A stretch of DNA of 64,000 nt, taken from assembly GCA_964545165.1 (NCBI GenBank), contig CAZJEQ010000001.1, positions 65,971-129,970 on the forward strand, in the 5' to 3' direction. Below, piece after piece: positions 47,096 through 55,816 of this stretch; positions within the stretch are counted from its first letter, which is position 1; each line of letters begins with the position of its first letter. The DNA comes from an uncultured Candidatus Saccharibacteria bacterium. Lineage in GTDB: Bacteria > Patescibacteriota > Minisyncoccia > Phycocordibacterales > UBA2100. Position numbers and translations under genes: made by a program. The notes beneath the pieces are model-generated. The model was not told where the DNA came from, did not search any database, and saw only the letters and a program-made list of their open reading frames with translations.

Positions 47096-50000
47096 ATGAG
47101 TAAAGCATTAGCAACGAAAAACGTTGCGGCAGTGCTCCTTTCTGTAGCGATGGTTGTCACGTTCGCATTCGCATTTGCCACTCCGGCAAAGGCGCAGTCG
47201 ACGACTGACCTCCAGGCTCAGATCAACGCACTTCTCGCACAAATCGCAGCCCTTCAGGGCAATACGGGTTCTCAGCAGGTAGGGGGACTCAAATGCACCA
47301 CTACCTTCACACAGAACCTCAAACAGGGTTCAACAGGAGGTGAGGTCATGGCCCTCCAGAAGTTCCTCAACAGCGTTGATGGCACGCAAATTGCCACCGC
47401 TGGAGCAGGTTCTCCTGGTAATGAAACATCCTACTTCGGTGCAGCCACGAAAGCTGGCGTAATCAAGTTCCAGGAAAAATTCGCGGCGGACATCCTTACA
47501 CCGGTAGGCCTCTCAAAGGGCACCGGTAATTGGTTCGGTTCCACGCGCGCCAAGGCCAACGCACTCTGCGTCGGTGCAGGCACTGGTACTGGTACCGGCA
47601 CTGGTACCGGCACTGGCACGGCAACGGGCAGCACGACGACTGGTGGCAACATCATGGTCGGTGCTTCTTCGCAGCCGGCTAACTCGCTCGCTCCGGAAGG
47701 TGCAGCGCGTGTTCCGTTCACAACCCTCACTCTCACCAACACCTCGGGTGCTGCTGTCACGATCAACTCGATCGCAGTGCAGCGCACGGGTCTCGGTGCG
47801 GATGCGGTCTTCTCCGGTCTCGTCCTCGTGGATGAGATGGGTACGCAGCTCGGTACGAGCCGCACGCTCAACTCGAACCACCAGGCGAACGTCGGTGATG
47901 CCTTCGTGATCCAGCCGGGCCAGACCAAGACCCTCACGGTCGCTGGTAACATGGCTGCAACGCTCGACAGCTACGCAGGTCAGGTCGTCTCGATCTCTGT
48001 CATCGGCGTCAACACGTCGGCGACGGTCTCTGGTTCGCTCCCGATCTCGGGTGCTTCTCAGACGATCAACGGCACGCTCACGATCGGTGCAATCTCGGCA
48101 GGTCTCGGATCATCCGACCTCAACTCGGCTCAATCGAACACTTCGCTTGGAACGAGCAACCTCATCGGTGGCTCAATCCGCCTCACCGCGGGTTCTGCTG
48201 AAGATGTGTGGGTCAAGTCGATCCGCTGGAACCAGTCTGGTTCTGCTTCGGCTTCGGACCTTGCCAATGTCATGACTGTCATCGATGGTACGAACTATCC
48301 GGCGAACGTTTCGTCTGACGGCAAGTACTACACGACGGTCTTCCCAGGCAACGGCATCATGATCGCCAAGGGCCTCAACAAAGAAGTCACGGTCAAGTTT
48401 GACTCGGTCGGTGGTGCTGATCGCACAATCGAATTCGATGTCTACAAGAACACGGACATCTACGCTGTTGGTGGTACCTTCGGATACGGCATCGGTGTGA
48501 CGCAGAGCCAGAACGGCTCAGTGTCTACTGGTTCTGAATTCACGAGCGGTACGCCGTTCTACTCTGGCTCTGTCTTCACGATCGCAGCAGGTACGGTCAC
48601 GTCCCTCGCTCGCGCTAATGAAGTTCCGGCTCAGAACATCGCAGTTGGCGCTCCTAATCAGGCTCTCGGCGGTTTCGCCATGGACGTGAAGGGAGAGGCT
48701 ATCTCGGTGCAAAACCAGACCTACCACATCACCTACACCAACTCTGCAGCTGACAACGGCGAATACCTCACGGGTGTCCGTCTCGTCAACGAGAACGGTG
48801 CAGTTGTAGCAGGTCCGGTGGATGCAGTCGCTGACGGTAACCAGCAGAAGGTAACGTTCACCGACACGGTGACGTTTGCTACTGGTCGTCACGTCTACAC
48901 CCTCCAGGGTCAGCTTCCGACGACGATCTCCAACGGTCAGACGCTCGTTGCGTCGACCACTCCGGGTGCGGCAACGAATCCGGACTGGAGCAACGTTACC
49001 GGTCAGACGACTGGCAACTCGATCTCGCTCACGGCTCTTACGTCAATCGTTACGGGTAACACCATGACGGTCCGCACAGGCTCTGTCGTCTTCTCGACGG
49101 CATCACAGCCTGCTGCTCAGACGGTAGTCGCAGGTGTCTCTGGTCAGGCTGTTTCTGGCGTCGCATTCGACGCTACGCAGTCTGGTGAGGACGTCCGCTT
49201 CAACTCAGCCAAGTTCAAGTTCAACGAAATCGGTACGTCGTTGAACGCGGGCGAAATCCCGACGAACTGCTTCGCCTTCGATGGTGCAACGCGTCTTAAC
49301 GACACGGCTGTCAACATCACGGGTACAGCTGGCGACGATTCTGCTGACACAAACTTCACCTTCAACACGCCTCTCGTAGTCACGAAGGGCACGGTGAAGA
49401 CCGTCACGATCAAGTGTGATATCCCATCAGGCGCTACCGGCTCATTCAGCTGGGGTGTCGTCTCGACCGCTACCTTCACCGGTACCGGCACGCAGTCGAC
49501 GCAGGGCATCACGCCTACGTCTTCGACGGGTGCTACACAGACGGGTAACACGATGACTCTTGCTTCGGGCGGTAACCTCACGGTCACTCTCGATTCATCG
49601 TCACCGTCGTACAAGGTCGCTGCTGTTGGTGCCAATGGCATCAGCGGTCAGACGCTCTCTGTCCTCCGCTTCTCAGGTACGAACGAAAACATGCGTCTCG
49701 ATCGCGTAGCGCTCGAGCTCGCAGGTGCTTCTTCGTCTCCTGCAAACATCAACCAGGTCACCCTCTGGGCTCCTGTTGATGGTAGCGGCATGTACTCGTC
49801 TTCGGGCACGATGACGCAGGTTGGTACCGCGATCTTCGCTGGTACTGATTACGCTACTTCGACCCTCTCGAGCACGCTCATCATTCCGGCCAACCAGTAC
49901 GCGATCGTGACGGTCAAGGGCGACCTTGCCGGCATCTCGCTCAACGGTTCCGGTACGTCGGGCTCGCTCCTCGCGGTCAACTACGATGGCGGTGATTCCA

Positions 50001-50728
50001 CGGGTACCCGTGCTATCGGTATGTCATCTGGTTCCACGATCAATCAGGGCTCGGCTTCTGACACGGCAGCTGCAGGTGTTCGCACCTTCAAGACCAAGCC
50101 AGTCGTCGTCGCTCCGATCGCACTCAGCAGCAACACGCTTGTTGTCGCTGGTGGCCAGGAGCTCTACCGCTTCTCGATCACGGCTGATGCTGCCGGTGAT
50201 GTCGGCCTCAACAAGGTCACCATCAACGTCGCAACGTCATCTGACTCGGTTGCTGTAGGTTCGACCTCGGTTAGCGGTATGGACTTGTATGCCTTCACTG
50301 ATGCGGCTATGTCGCAGGGTGTTGCAGGCTTCACGTCTGGTCTCATCTCAGACAACTCGGGCGGTGTCGCCAACGGCGATAACGACCTCGTTGTCAACGC
50401 GAGCGGCCAGACCAAGGTCCAGGTCCCAGCTGGCACGACGATCTACTTCAAGGTAGTCGGCGATGTCGCTCAGACCGGTACTGCTTCTGGTACTCGTACG
50501 GGCTCGGTCACCACGAAACTCTCGGGTGATTCGAACTACCCATCGTTCGCTGCCAACGTCTTCATGGGCACGGCAACAACGATTGAGGCTGATGCCAACG
50601 ACAACTTCATCTGGTCGCCGAACTCGACGACCACGTCTCCGACGACCACTCACATCGATTGGACGAACGGTTACGGTATCGACGGCCTCCCGGCTGGTGG
50701 TACGAACTCAGTTACGTTGTCTAAGTAA
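47096..50728 (+). CDS. giant cell-surface protein (~1210 aa): signal peptide, peptidoglycan-binding domain, (Gly-Thr)n linker, tandem beta-rich/Ig-like repeats
   Basis: MSKALATKNVAAVLLSVAMVVTFAFAFATPAKA signal. LKQGSTGGEVMALQKFLN...GVIKFQEKF matches PG_binding_1. GTGTGTGTGTGTGT follows. Remainder is repetitive and S/T/G/V-rich. Confidence 0.75.
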   Translation: MSKALATKNVAAVLLSVAMVVTFAFAFATPAKAQSTTDLQAQINALLAQIAALQGNTGSQQVGGLKCTTTFTQNLKQGSTGGEVMALQKFLNSVDGTQIATAGAGSPGNETSYFGAATKAGVIKFQEKFAADILTPVGLSKGTGNWFGSTRAKANALCVGAGTGTGTGTGTGTGTATGSTTTGGNIMVGASSQPANSLAPEGAARVPFTTLTLTNTSGAAVTINSIAVQRTGLGADAVFSGLVLVDEMGTQLGTSRTLNSNHQANVGDAFVIQPGQTKTLTVAGNMAATLDSYAGQVVSISVIGVNTSATVSGSLPISGASQTINGTLTIGAISAGLGSSDLNSAQSNTSLGTSNLIGGSIRLTAGSAEDVWVKSIRWNQSGSASASDLANVMTVIDGTNYPANVSSDGKYYTTVFPGNGIMIAKGLNKEVTVKFDSVGGADRTIEFDVYKNTDIYAVGGTFGYGIGVTQSQNGSVSTGSEFTSGTPFYSGSVFTIAAGTVTSLARANEVPAQNIAVGAPNQALGGFAMDVKGEAISVQNQTYHITYTNSAADNGEYLTGVRLVNENGAVVAGPVDAVADGNQQKVTFTDTVTFATGRHVYTLQGQLPTTISNGQTLVASTTPGAATNPDWSNVTGQTTGNSISLTALTSIVTGNTMTVRTGSVVFSTASQPAAQTVVAGVSGQAVSGVAFDATQSGEDVRFNSAKFKFNEIGTSLNAGEIPTNCFAFDGATRLNDTAVNITGTAGDDSADTNFTFNTPLVVTKGTVKTVTIKCDIPSGATGSFSWGVVSTATFTGTGTQSTQGITPTSSTGATQTGNTMTLASGGNLTVTLDSSSPSYKVAAVGANGISGQTLSVLRFSGTNENMRLDRVALELAGASSSPANINQVTLWAPVDGSGMYSSSGTMTQVGTAIFAGTDYATSTLSSTLIIPANQYAIVTVKGDLAGISLNGSGTSGSLLAVNYDGGDSTGTRAIGMSSGSTINQGSASDTAAAGVRTFKTKPVVVAPIALSSNTLVVAGGQELYRFSITADAAGDVGLNKVTINVATSSDSVAVGSTSVSGMDLYAFTDAAMSQGVAGFTSGLISDNSGGVANGDNDLVVNASGQTKVQVPAGTTIYFKVVGDVAQTGTASGTRTGSVTTKLSGDSNYPSFAANVFMGTATTIEADANDNFIWSPNSTTTSPTTTHIDWTNGYGIDGLPAGGTNSVTLSK
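47575..47630 (+). repeat. in-frame hexanucleotide tandem repeat (GGYACY)x~7 encoding (Gly-Thr)n inside the surface-protein gene
   Basis: GGCACTGGTACTGGTACCGGCACTGGTACCGGCACTGGCACG read directly from the sequence. Confidence 0.7.
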
Positions 50729-50791
50729 CCTGAATCCTGAAGTCCAGCCTCTGGTTGCGACCTCAGCTCAGTCTCGTGGCGACAACATGAG

Positions 50792-50826
50792 AGCAAAGCC
50801 CCCTCGAAAGAGGGGGCTTTGTGTTT
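50792..50826 (+). terminator. rho-independent terminator after surface-protein gene
   Basis: AGCAAAGCCCCCTCGAAAGAGGGGGCTTTGTGTTT. Confidence 0.7.
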
Positions 50827-50873
50827 GGAATTTTGCATTTGTCCGCACAGACTTTTCATCTATACTGGTCCAC

Positions 50874-51641
50874 ATGAACAATAAACATACCTATATCGCT
50901 GGTGGGATCGCGGTCTTGCTCGTTGCAGGTGGCGCCTACTACTTTTTAAAGGACACGGGTGTCTTGCCGAATTTCCTCGACGACAGCACAGCAGCAAGCA
51001 GCACGGTGCAAGGTGCCAAAGAGACAACGCTTGCGGTTGGAGAGAAGGAAGTACCGCAGCCCAAGAATTTTGATCGCGCGCTCTCGTACCCCGCCAGCAT
51101 CACGGCGGATATCAAGGTCAAGATGCAGGCTGCGTTTGAAGAAGATCTCAAGCAAATCCGTGCGTCCAACGATGTCAATGCGTGGGCCGATCTCGCAGTC
51201 CTCCGTAAAATCACTGAAGATTTCAAGGGTTCAGCAGAAATCTGGACCTACCTCTCGAAGCGCTACACGACATACGTCGGCCCCTACGCAGCGCTCGGTG
51301 ATCTCTACAGCAACAACATCAAGGACTACCCGAAGGCGGAAGCGAATTATCTGAAGGCAATCTCCCTTGATCCGAAAAATACCGATCTCTACACAGATCT
51401 GTACCAGCTGTATCGCGGCCTATACGCAAAGACCAATACTGCTGCGGAAGACATCCTGAAGCAGGGCATTGCGGCAACCGGCGGCGTATACCAGCTGCAC
51501 GTCGAGCTCGCTCGATACTACGTCGGCAAGAATCGCACAGCTGAAGCCAAGACCGAATATGATGCCGCGATCGCCAATGCCAAGGTACAGGGCAACACTG
51601 CAGCGGCTACGCAAATCGAAGCAGAGAAGGCAGCGCTCTAA
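50874..51641 (+). CDS. TPR-like repeat protein with N-terminal TM anchor
   Basis: Track ORF trimmed to MNNKHTYIAGGIAVLLVAGGAYYF. C-terminal half is A/Y/L-rich helical repeats. TATACT box 7 nt before the ATG. Confidence 0.55.
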   Translation: MNNKHTYIAGGIAVLLVAGGAYYFLKDTGVLPNFLDDSTAASSTVQGAKETTLAVGEKEVPQPKNFDRALSYPASITADIKVKMQAAFEEDLKQIRASNDVNAWADLAVLRKITEDFKGSAEIWTYLSKRYTTYVGPYAALGDLYSNNIKDYPKAEANYLKAISLDPKNTDLYTDLYQLYRGLYAKTNTAAEDILKQGIAATGGVYQLHVELARYYVGKNRTAEAKTEYDAAIANAKVQGNTAAATQIEAEKAAL

Positions 51642-51659
51642 CGAGCTATCCCCACAAGC

Positions 51660-51689
51660 AAACGCCCCGCACACTGTGCGGGGCGTTTA
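51660..51689 (+). terminator. rho-independent terminator
   Basis: AAACGCCCCGCACACTGTGCGGGGCGTTTA. Confidence 0.7.
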
Positions 51690-51729
51690 CAATAAAGGAC
51701 ATCACTTAGTAAATTTGTCCGTTTTGTCC

Positions 51730-51828
51730 ATGAAGTACATTAAATCCGCAATTCAGCGCTCCATCCTCCCGATTCTCATCGCTGTCGTCGCCTCCGTGAT
51801 CTTCGTCGTCGCCATGCTCCAGGCCTAG
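51730..51828 (+). CDS. possible 32-aa hydrophobic micro-protein (MKYIKSAIQRSILPILIAVVASVIFVVAMLQA)
   Basis: Short in-frame ATG ORF after a terminator. Overlaps the 3' end of the convergent regulator gene by 4 nt. Weak support. Confidence 0.15.
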   Translation: MKYIKSAIQRSILPILIAVVASVIFVVAMLQA

Positions 51829-52340
51829 CGCCGCCTGAGCTCAAAATGATCGCGCAACGCGCGATCATTTTCCAATTTATCGACCACCATATACAGCACC
51901 TCCTTACCGAGGCGGTAGTCTGTCTTGAGCAGCGCCACCAACTCCTCACAATCGTAGGGGTACACCCATGCCGAATTCTGGAGCTTAAGAAAGCCAATTC
52001 TCCTCAAAGTATCTCTTAGGACTGCGCGGGCAGCTCTTCTTCTCTCTGGTATATCGAAAATGACCATCCGCCATTTGCTATCCCATTTTTGTTGCTCTGC
52101 TGGCTTGAGAGCGTGACGGAGCAAGAAAGCCCGGCCCTCATGTGTAATCTCATATCCGCTTTTGCGCTTGGTGACCAGGCCCTTTTTGATAAGTTTCCCC
52201 AACGCACTTCGGGTCTTCTCGCGCTCGGCACGCACAATGTGCTTTCCAACAAGGCCTGCGAGATTTGGTGCGATTACCACAAGGCTTAGGAGGCCACCGA
52301 CCTGAAGCGTCGTTAAAATAGTCATCCGAATCTTGGTCAT
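51825..52340 (-). CDS. wHTH + Cas2-like domain protein (PaaX-type architecture); candidate transcriptional regulator
   Basis: N-terminal winged helix (RSALGKLIKKGLVTKRKSGYEITHEG). C-terminal WRMVIFDIPERRRAARAVLRDTLRRIGFLKLQNSAWVYP follows the Cas2 core pattern (beta strand, D, R-rich, ..G..QNSVF). Track ORF starts at GTG 52400; first ATG at 52340. Confidence 0.5.
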   Translation of the reverse strand: MTKIRMTILTTLQVGGLLSLVVIAPNLAGLVGKHIVRAEREKTRSALGKLIKKGLVTKRKSGYEITHEGRAFLLRHALKPAEQQKWDSKWRMVIFDIPERRRAARAVLRDTLRRIGFLKLQNSAWVYPYDCEELVALLKTDYRLGKEVLYMVVDKLENDRALRDHFELRRR

Positions 52341-52376
52341 TCTCACTTCTTTCTTCAAATCCGCCTCTAGTCCCAT

Positions 52377-52415
52377 GCAGATATAATTATGCGACCGCAC
52401 ATTTATATCTGCAGC
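52377..52415. repeat. 39-bp near-perfect palindrome, copy 1 (TGCAGATATAATTATGCGACCGCACATTTATATCTGCAG)
   Basis: Reverse complement matches copy 2 at 55817-55855 at 38/39 positions. Lies in the divergent intergenic region between the regulator gene and 52480 gene. Contains TATAAT-like boxes on both strands. Confidence 0.8.
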
Positions 52416-52479
52416 CAGGAAAAGGGGTGGGTGGGGATAAGTTCATGAGGGAATGTGCATACGTGGAATAATTTGAACT

Positions 52480-53079
52480 ATGTCCACGGCTAAGAAAGTT
52501 TGGAGGGGCGTGCGCTGGCCACTCCTCGCATTGCTGATCGTGTGGGCGGGTTTCGTGCTCGCCGAGGTGCATTGGCCGGTGAACAAGGAGCGATCTGATG
52601 CAGCGGTAGCCGCTATCCAGGCGCAGAGGCTAACCATGGCCGATGTAGATGGTTCGAATCTTCCGCCTGAGCCCGATCCGAAAAAGGTGAATGCCACGAT
52701 CGCTGGCATCGACGCAAACGAGAATGGAATTCGAGACGATGTGGAGCTCGCTATCTTCAAGAAGTACCCGAATAACAAAAAAGTCCGCGCCGCTGCCTTG
52801 CAATATGCGCATGCGCTCCAGTCTCGGTTAACGCAAGTAATCGATGAAAACACCTGGCAAGCTTCTGTCTATATGAAATCGCGTGCCTACAGCTGTGTTT
52901 CTAAAGCGACCGATCTCAGTGCGGGCGCAAAAAGACTGGCTGCAATACAGGAGGTGACGGATTTTATTCAAAATCTAGTTCTTAATACTGCATCTCGAAA
53001 AGACAGAGACGTTAAATTAGAGAAATTCGCGACTTCTGCCGAAACTGCAGCGGGCAACAATTGTGATGTGTACGAATAA
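52480..53079 (+). CDS. hypothetical membrane-anchored/secreted protein, lower GC
   Basis: ORF track 199 aa with N-terminal hydrophobic helix. TAATTT box 5 nt before the ATG. Confidence 0.45.
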   Translation: MSTAKKVWRGVRWPLLALLIVWAGFVLAEVHWPVNKERSDAAVAAIQAQRLTMADVDGSNLPPEPDPKKVNATIAGIDANENGIRDDVELAIFKKYPNNKKVRAAALQYAHALQSRLTQVIDENTWQASVYMKSRAYSCVSKATDLSAGAKRLAAIQEVTDFIQNLVLNTASRKDRDVKLEKFATSAETAAGNNCDVYE

Positions 53080-53088
53080 ATAAACTCT

Positions 53089-55809
53089 ATGAAGCGAGCG
53101 CTCAGTCTCGTGGCTCTGACAACAGTCCTCGGTTTCCCAGCTTTACTCTTTGCGGACAGTTGTTCGACACAAGGCTATTCGGTCTTCATAGTAAATGGAA
53201 TTTTTAATACTCAGGAGAAAGCAGACGAAGGTTCCGATAAGCTTAAAGATTTACTGGGGGACAGTTTGAATAAAGAAGCACTGACGGTACGATCCGCCTA
53301 CAATCCGACCCATATAGCCGGTTTGGGCGATGTTGTGCAGGCAGTGACGCAGGCTTTTAACCAACCAGTTAGTAATTTTGACCGAGACACTATTTTACAT
53401 CGTATTCATTCTCAACTTAAGACGCAAAAAATCTTATTAGTCGGACATTCGCAAGGGACTTTTTACACAAACGAGCTCTATAAATATCTGACGACGCATG
53501 GGGTGCCGAAAGAATCTATCGGCGTCTACAATATCGCGACTCCGGCGAGTTATGTGGAAGGGGGTGGTGGGTATGTGACTTCTACCAATGACAAGATTAT
53601 TAATCTTGTTCGCAATACAGAGGTTGATGGAAATCTCAGTATTCATCTCAATTCATACTACGTGCTCGGCAACACGGTGAATTCTGCGCTGCGTGCGAAC
53701 ATTACAGTGCCCAAAGAGCCGGGCTACGACCAGAGCGATTTTGGTGGGCATAAACTCAGTGTGTATCTCGACGGTGCTGCACCGCGAATCATGAGCGATA
53801 TCGATGCGTCTTTGCGTCGACTCAAGGCGAGCGGGGGCTCAAGTAGTGAGTCGTGTTTTGAACCACCTGTCGAGGACATCTCGTATAAAGCCAAGTCTCT
53901 CTTCTATGCGATGGTGGATCCGCTTGCTGAGGGGACCAAGACGGTCGCGGTCGCAACGCGAAATGGTGCCGAAGGATTTACCGACTACGTCGCTGCAGGT
54001 ATCAATGATACAAAAAGCTTTGCGCAATCAGTCTTCAAGAATCTCGCGTCTGCGAACAACAGCTCGACCAATCAGGCGGCCGCAGCCGTGCTCGCGACTC
54101 CAGTTATCACTACAAAGCCCGTGCCGCAAAACGCACCCAAGCCTCCTCCTGCGCCAGTCACAAAAGTAACTGTTCAGACGCCGAGCCAGGCCGATTCGGT
54201 AAAGCTGCCTGTGCAATCGCCCGATATGGAAAAAGCGCCGGAGGAAAATAATCGAGAGCCAGTAGCGCCCGCTGTCGTTTCGACAGCGGGTTTTGGTGGT
54301 GGACAGCCCAGCTCGCCACAACAACAAGATCCTACGATGGTTGCGCTTTCTATAACTGCGCCTGCCAACAACGCCTTAGTAGCGACATCCTCGGTCGTTC
54401 TTGTCGGGACGGCAGACGTGGGCGCGTTAGTCACCGCGAGTTTCAATTCGTTGAGTGCGACGACAACAGCGGACGGGGCGGGTGAGTGGACTGTGCAACT
54501 CACTCTGCTCGAAGGAACCACCACGGTGACGGTGAGCGCGGTTGATGCAGCAGGGAAGAGTTCAGCAGTGCTGTCTCGCGACATAGTGGTAGATACAATG
54601 GCACCCACAGCGCCGACGCTCGGCATACTCGAATGCGCATCGACCATCGTGACAGGGCTCTGCGTCGTTCCGATTACTGCCGCGACGCTCGATTGGTCGG
54701 ATTCTGGCGCGGACCACTATCGCATTTTTAGAGACGGAGGATATGTCGCAAGTTTCATAGCGACCTCGAGCACTCAAGCAATCTCGACCAACGCAACTTC
54801 GAGTTTCGAGGTAGTTGCGTACGATCTCGCTGGCAATGCTGCGACCTCAAGTGCTGTAAATATCTACGCACTGTCTCAATCTGTCATCATCAACGAAATA
54901 GGATGGGGTGGGACCGACACCGGCAGTGTCTCAGGACAGCAATGGATCGAGCTCAAAAATATGTCTGCATTTATGATCGATCTCTCGCACGTGGTGATCT
55001 CGCGCTCTGGCGGAGCGGAGATAGCGCTCGCTGGCGCAAGCATTCCTGCTCACGGCGGGCTCGTCGTCGAGCAAACAGACATTGCATTCACCGGCACAAA
55101 CAAGCTCGTCACTCCTTTCTCAGATCTCTCCACGGTCGCGGCAGAACAACTTGCGATTACCTGGCGTGGAACGCTACTTGATGCGAGTCCTGCGGTCAGC
55201 ACTTGTTCATCGTGGTGTTCGGGAGGGCTCAATGTATCAATTGGCACCAATGTGAGTGGTGTTGCTGGGTTCACTTCGTCACTCTCGATGGAGAGAGTGA
55301 CGAATGCCGCAGATGGAACGCTCGCTTCTAGCTGGCAGAGTACGGATAGCTACAACGCGGCTTTCTGGGGTACGCCCAATGTTGAGAATAGCAGTGGCTT
55401 GCCGGAGAGTGGGGTCATTTGTAGCGCCGGCGGCTTACTGGTGCCAAGTGCAACAACGCGTCCCTACGATACCGGCAATGTTTCGTGCACCTACCTAATG
55501 AAATTTATCTCGAGCGGCACGACTGGCGCACCTCGCTATGCCGGTCTCTACATGGGCACCGTGGGAAGCTCGACCGTGATCAACGCGCATTTCTTCAGCA
55601 AGTCTATGCAACGCGAGAGTACTGATGTGGTGCCGCCGGGGACTCCTGCTGGCACAGAATTCTTCTTTGTGATCTACGAAGCGCCGACATGGATGGATGC
55701 GGTCACGCCATTCGGAATGTATTTCACCAAGGGCTCCGACCCTGCAAATGGCGGTGCTCCGCCGCCGCACGGCAATTACGTAACCATCCCATTCGTCTAC
55801 CAACCCTGA
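53089..55809 (+). CDS. secreted multidomain protein: alpha/beta-hydrolase (lipase/esterase GHSQG) + Big-like repeats + lamin-tail domain (LTD)
   Basis: Signal peptide. LLVGHSQGT nucleophile elbow. Central T/S/A-rich Ig-like region. VIINEIGWGG...QWIELKN...IDLSHVVI matches the LTD signature. Confidence 0.7.
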   Translation: MKRALSLVALTTVLGFPALLFADSCSTQGYSVFIVNGIFNTQEKADEGSDKLKDLLGDSLNKEALTVRSAYNPTHIAGLGDVVQAVTQAFNQPVSNFDRDTILHRIHSQLKTQKILLVGHSQGTFYTNELYKYLTTHGVPKESIGVYNIATPASYVEGGGGYVTSTNDKIINLVRNTEVDGNLSIHLNSYYVLGNTVNSALRANITVPKEPGYDQSDFGGHKLSVYLDGAAPRIMSDIDASLRRLKASGGSSSESCFEPPVEDISYKAKSLFYAMVDPLAEGTKTVAVATRNGAEGFTDYVAAGINDTKSFAQSVFKNLASANNSSTNQAAAAVLATPVITTKPVPQNAPKPPPAPVTKVTVQTPSQADSVKLPVQSPDMEKAPEENNREPVAPAVVSTAGFGGGQPSSPQQQDPTMVALSITAPANNALVATSSVVLVGTADVGALVTASFNSLSATTTADGAGEWTVQLTLLEGTTTVTVSAVDAAGKSSAVLSRDIVVDTMAPTAPTLGILECASTIVTGLCVVPITAATLDWSDSGADHYRIFRDGGYVASFIATSSTQAISTNATSSFEVVAYDLAGNAATSSAVNIYALSQSVIINEIGWGGTDTGSVSGQQWIELKNMSAFMIDLSHVVISRSGGAEIALAGASIPAHGGLVVEQTDIAFTGTNKLVTPFSDLSTVAAEQLAITWRGTLLDASPAVSTCSSWCSGGLNVSIGTNVSGVAGFTSSLSMERVTNAADGTLASSWQSTDSYNAAFWGTPNVENSSGLPESGVICSAGGLLVPSATTRPYDTGNVSCTYLMKFISSGTTGAPRYAGLYMGTVGSSTVINAHFFSKSMQRESTDVVPPGTPAGTEFFFVIYEAPTWMDAVTPFGMYFTKGSDPANGGAPPPHGNYVTIPFVYQP

Positions 55810-55816
55810 AAAACCC

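Noticed and set aside
51825-52400. Cas2-like gene as evidence of a CRISPR-Cas locus
   Set aside because: No repeat-spacer array, cas1 or effector genes occur anywhere in the window. The domain is fused to a wHTH and sits on a palindromic operator, so it is reported as a regulator, not as CRISPR.
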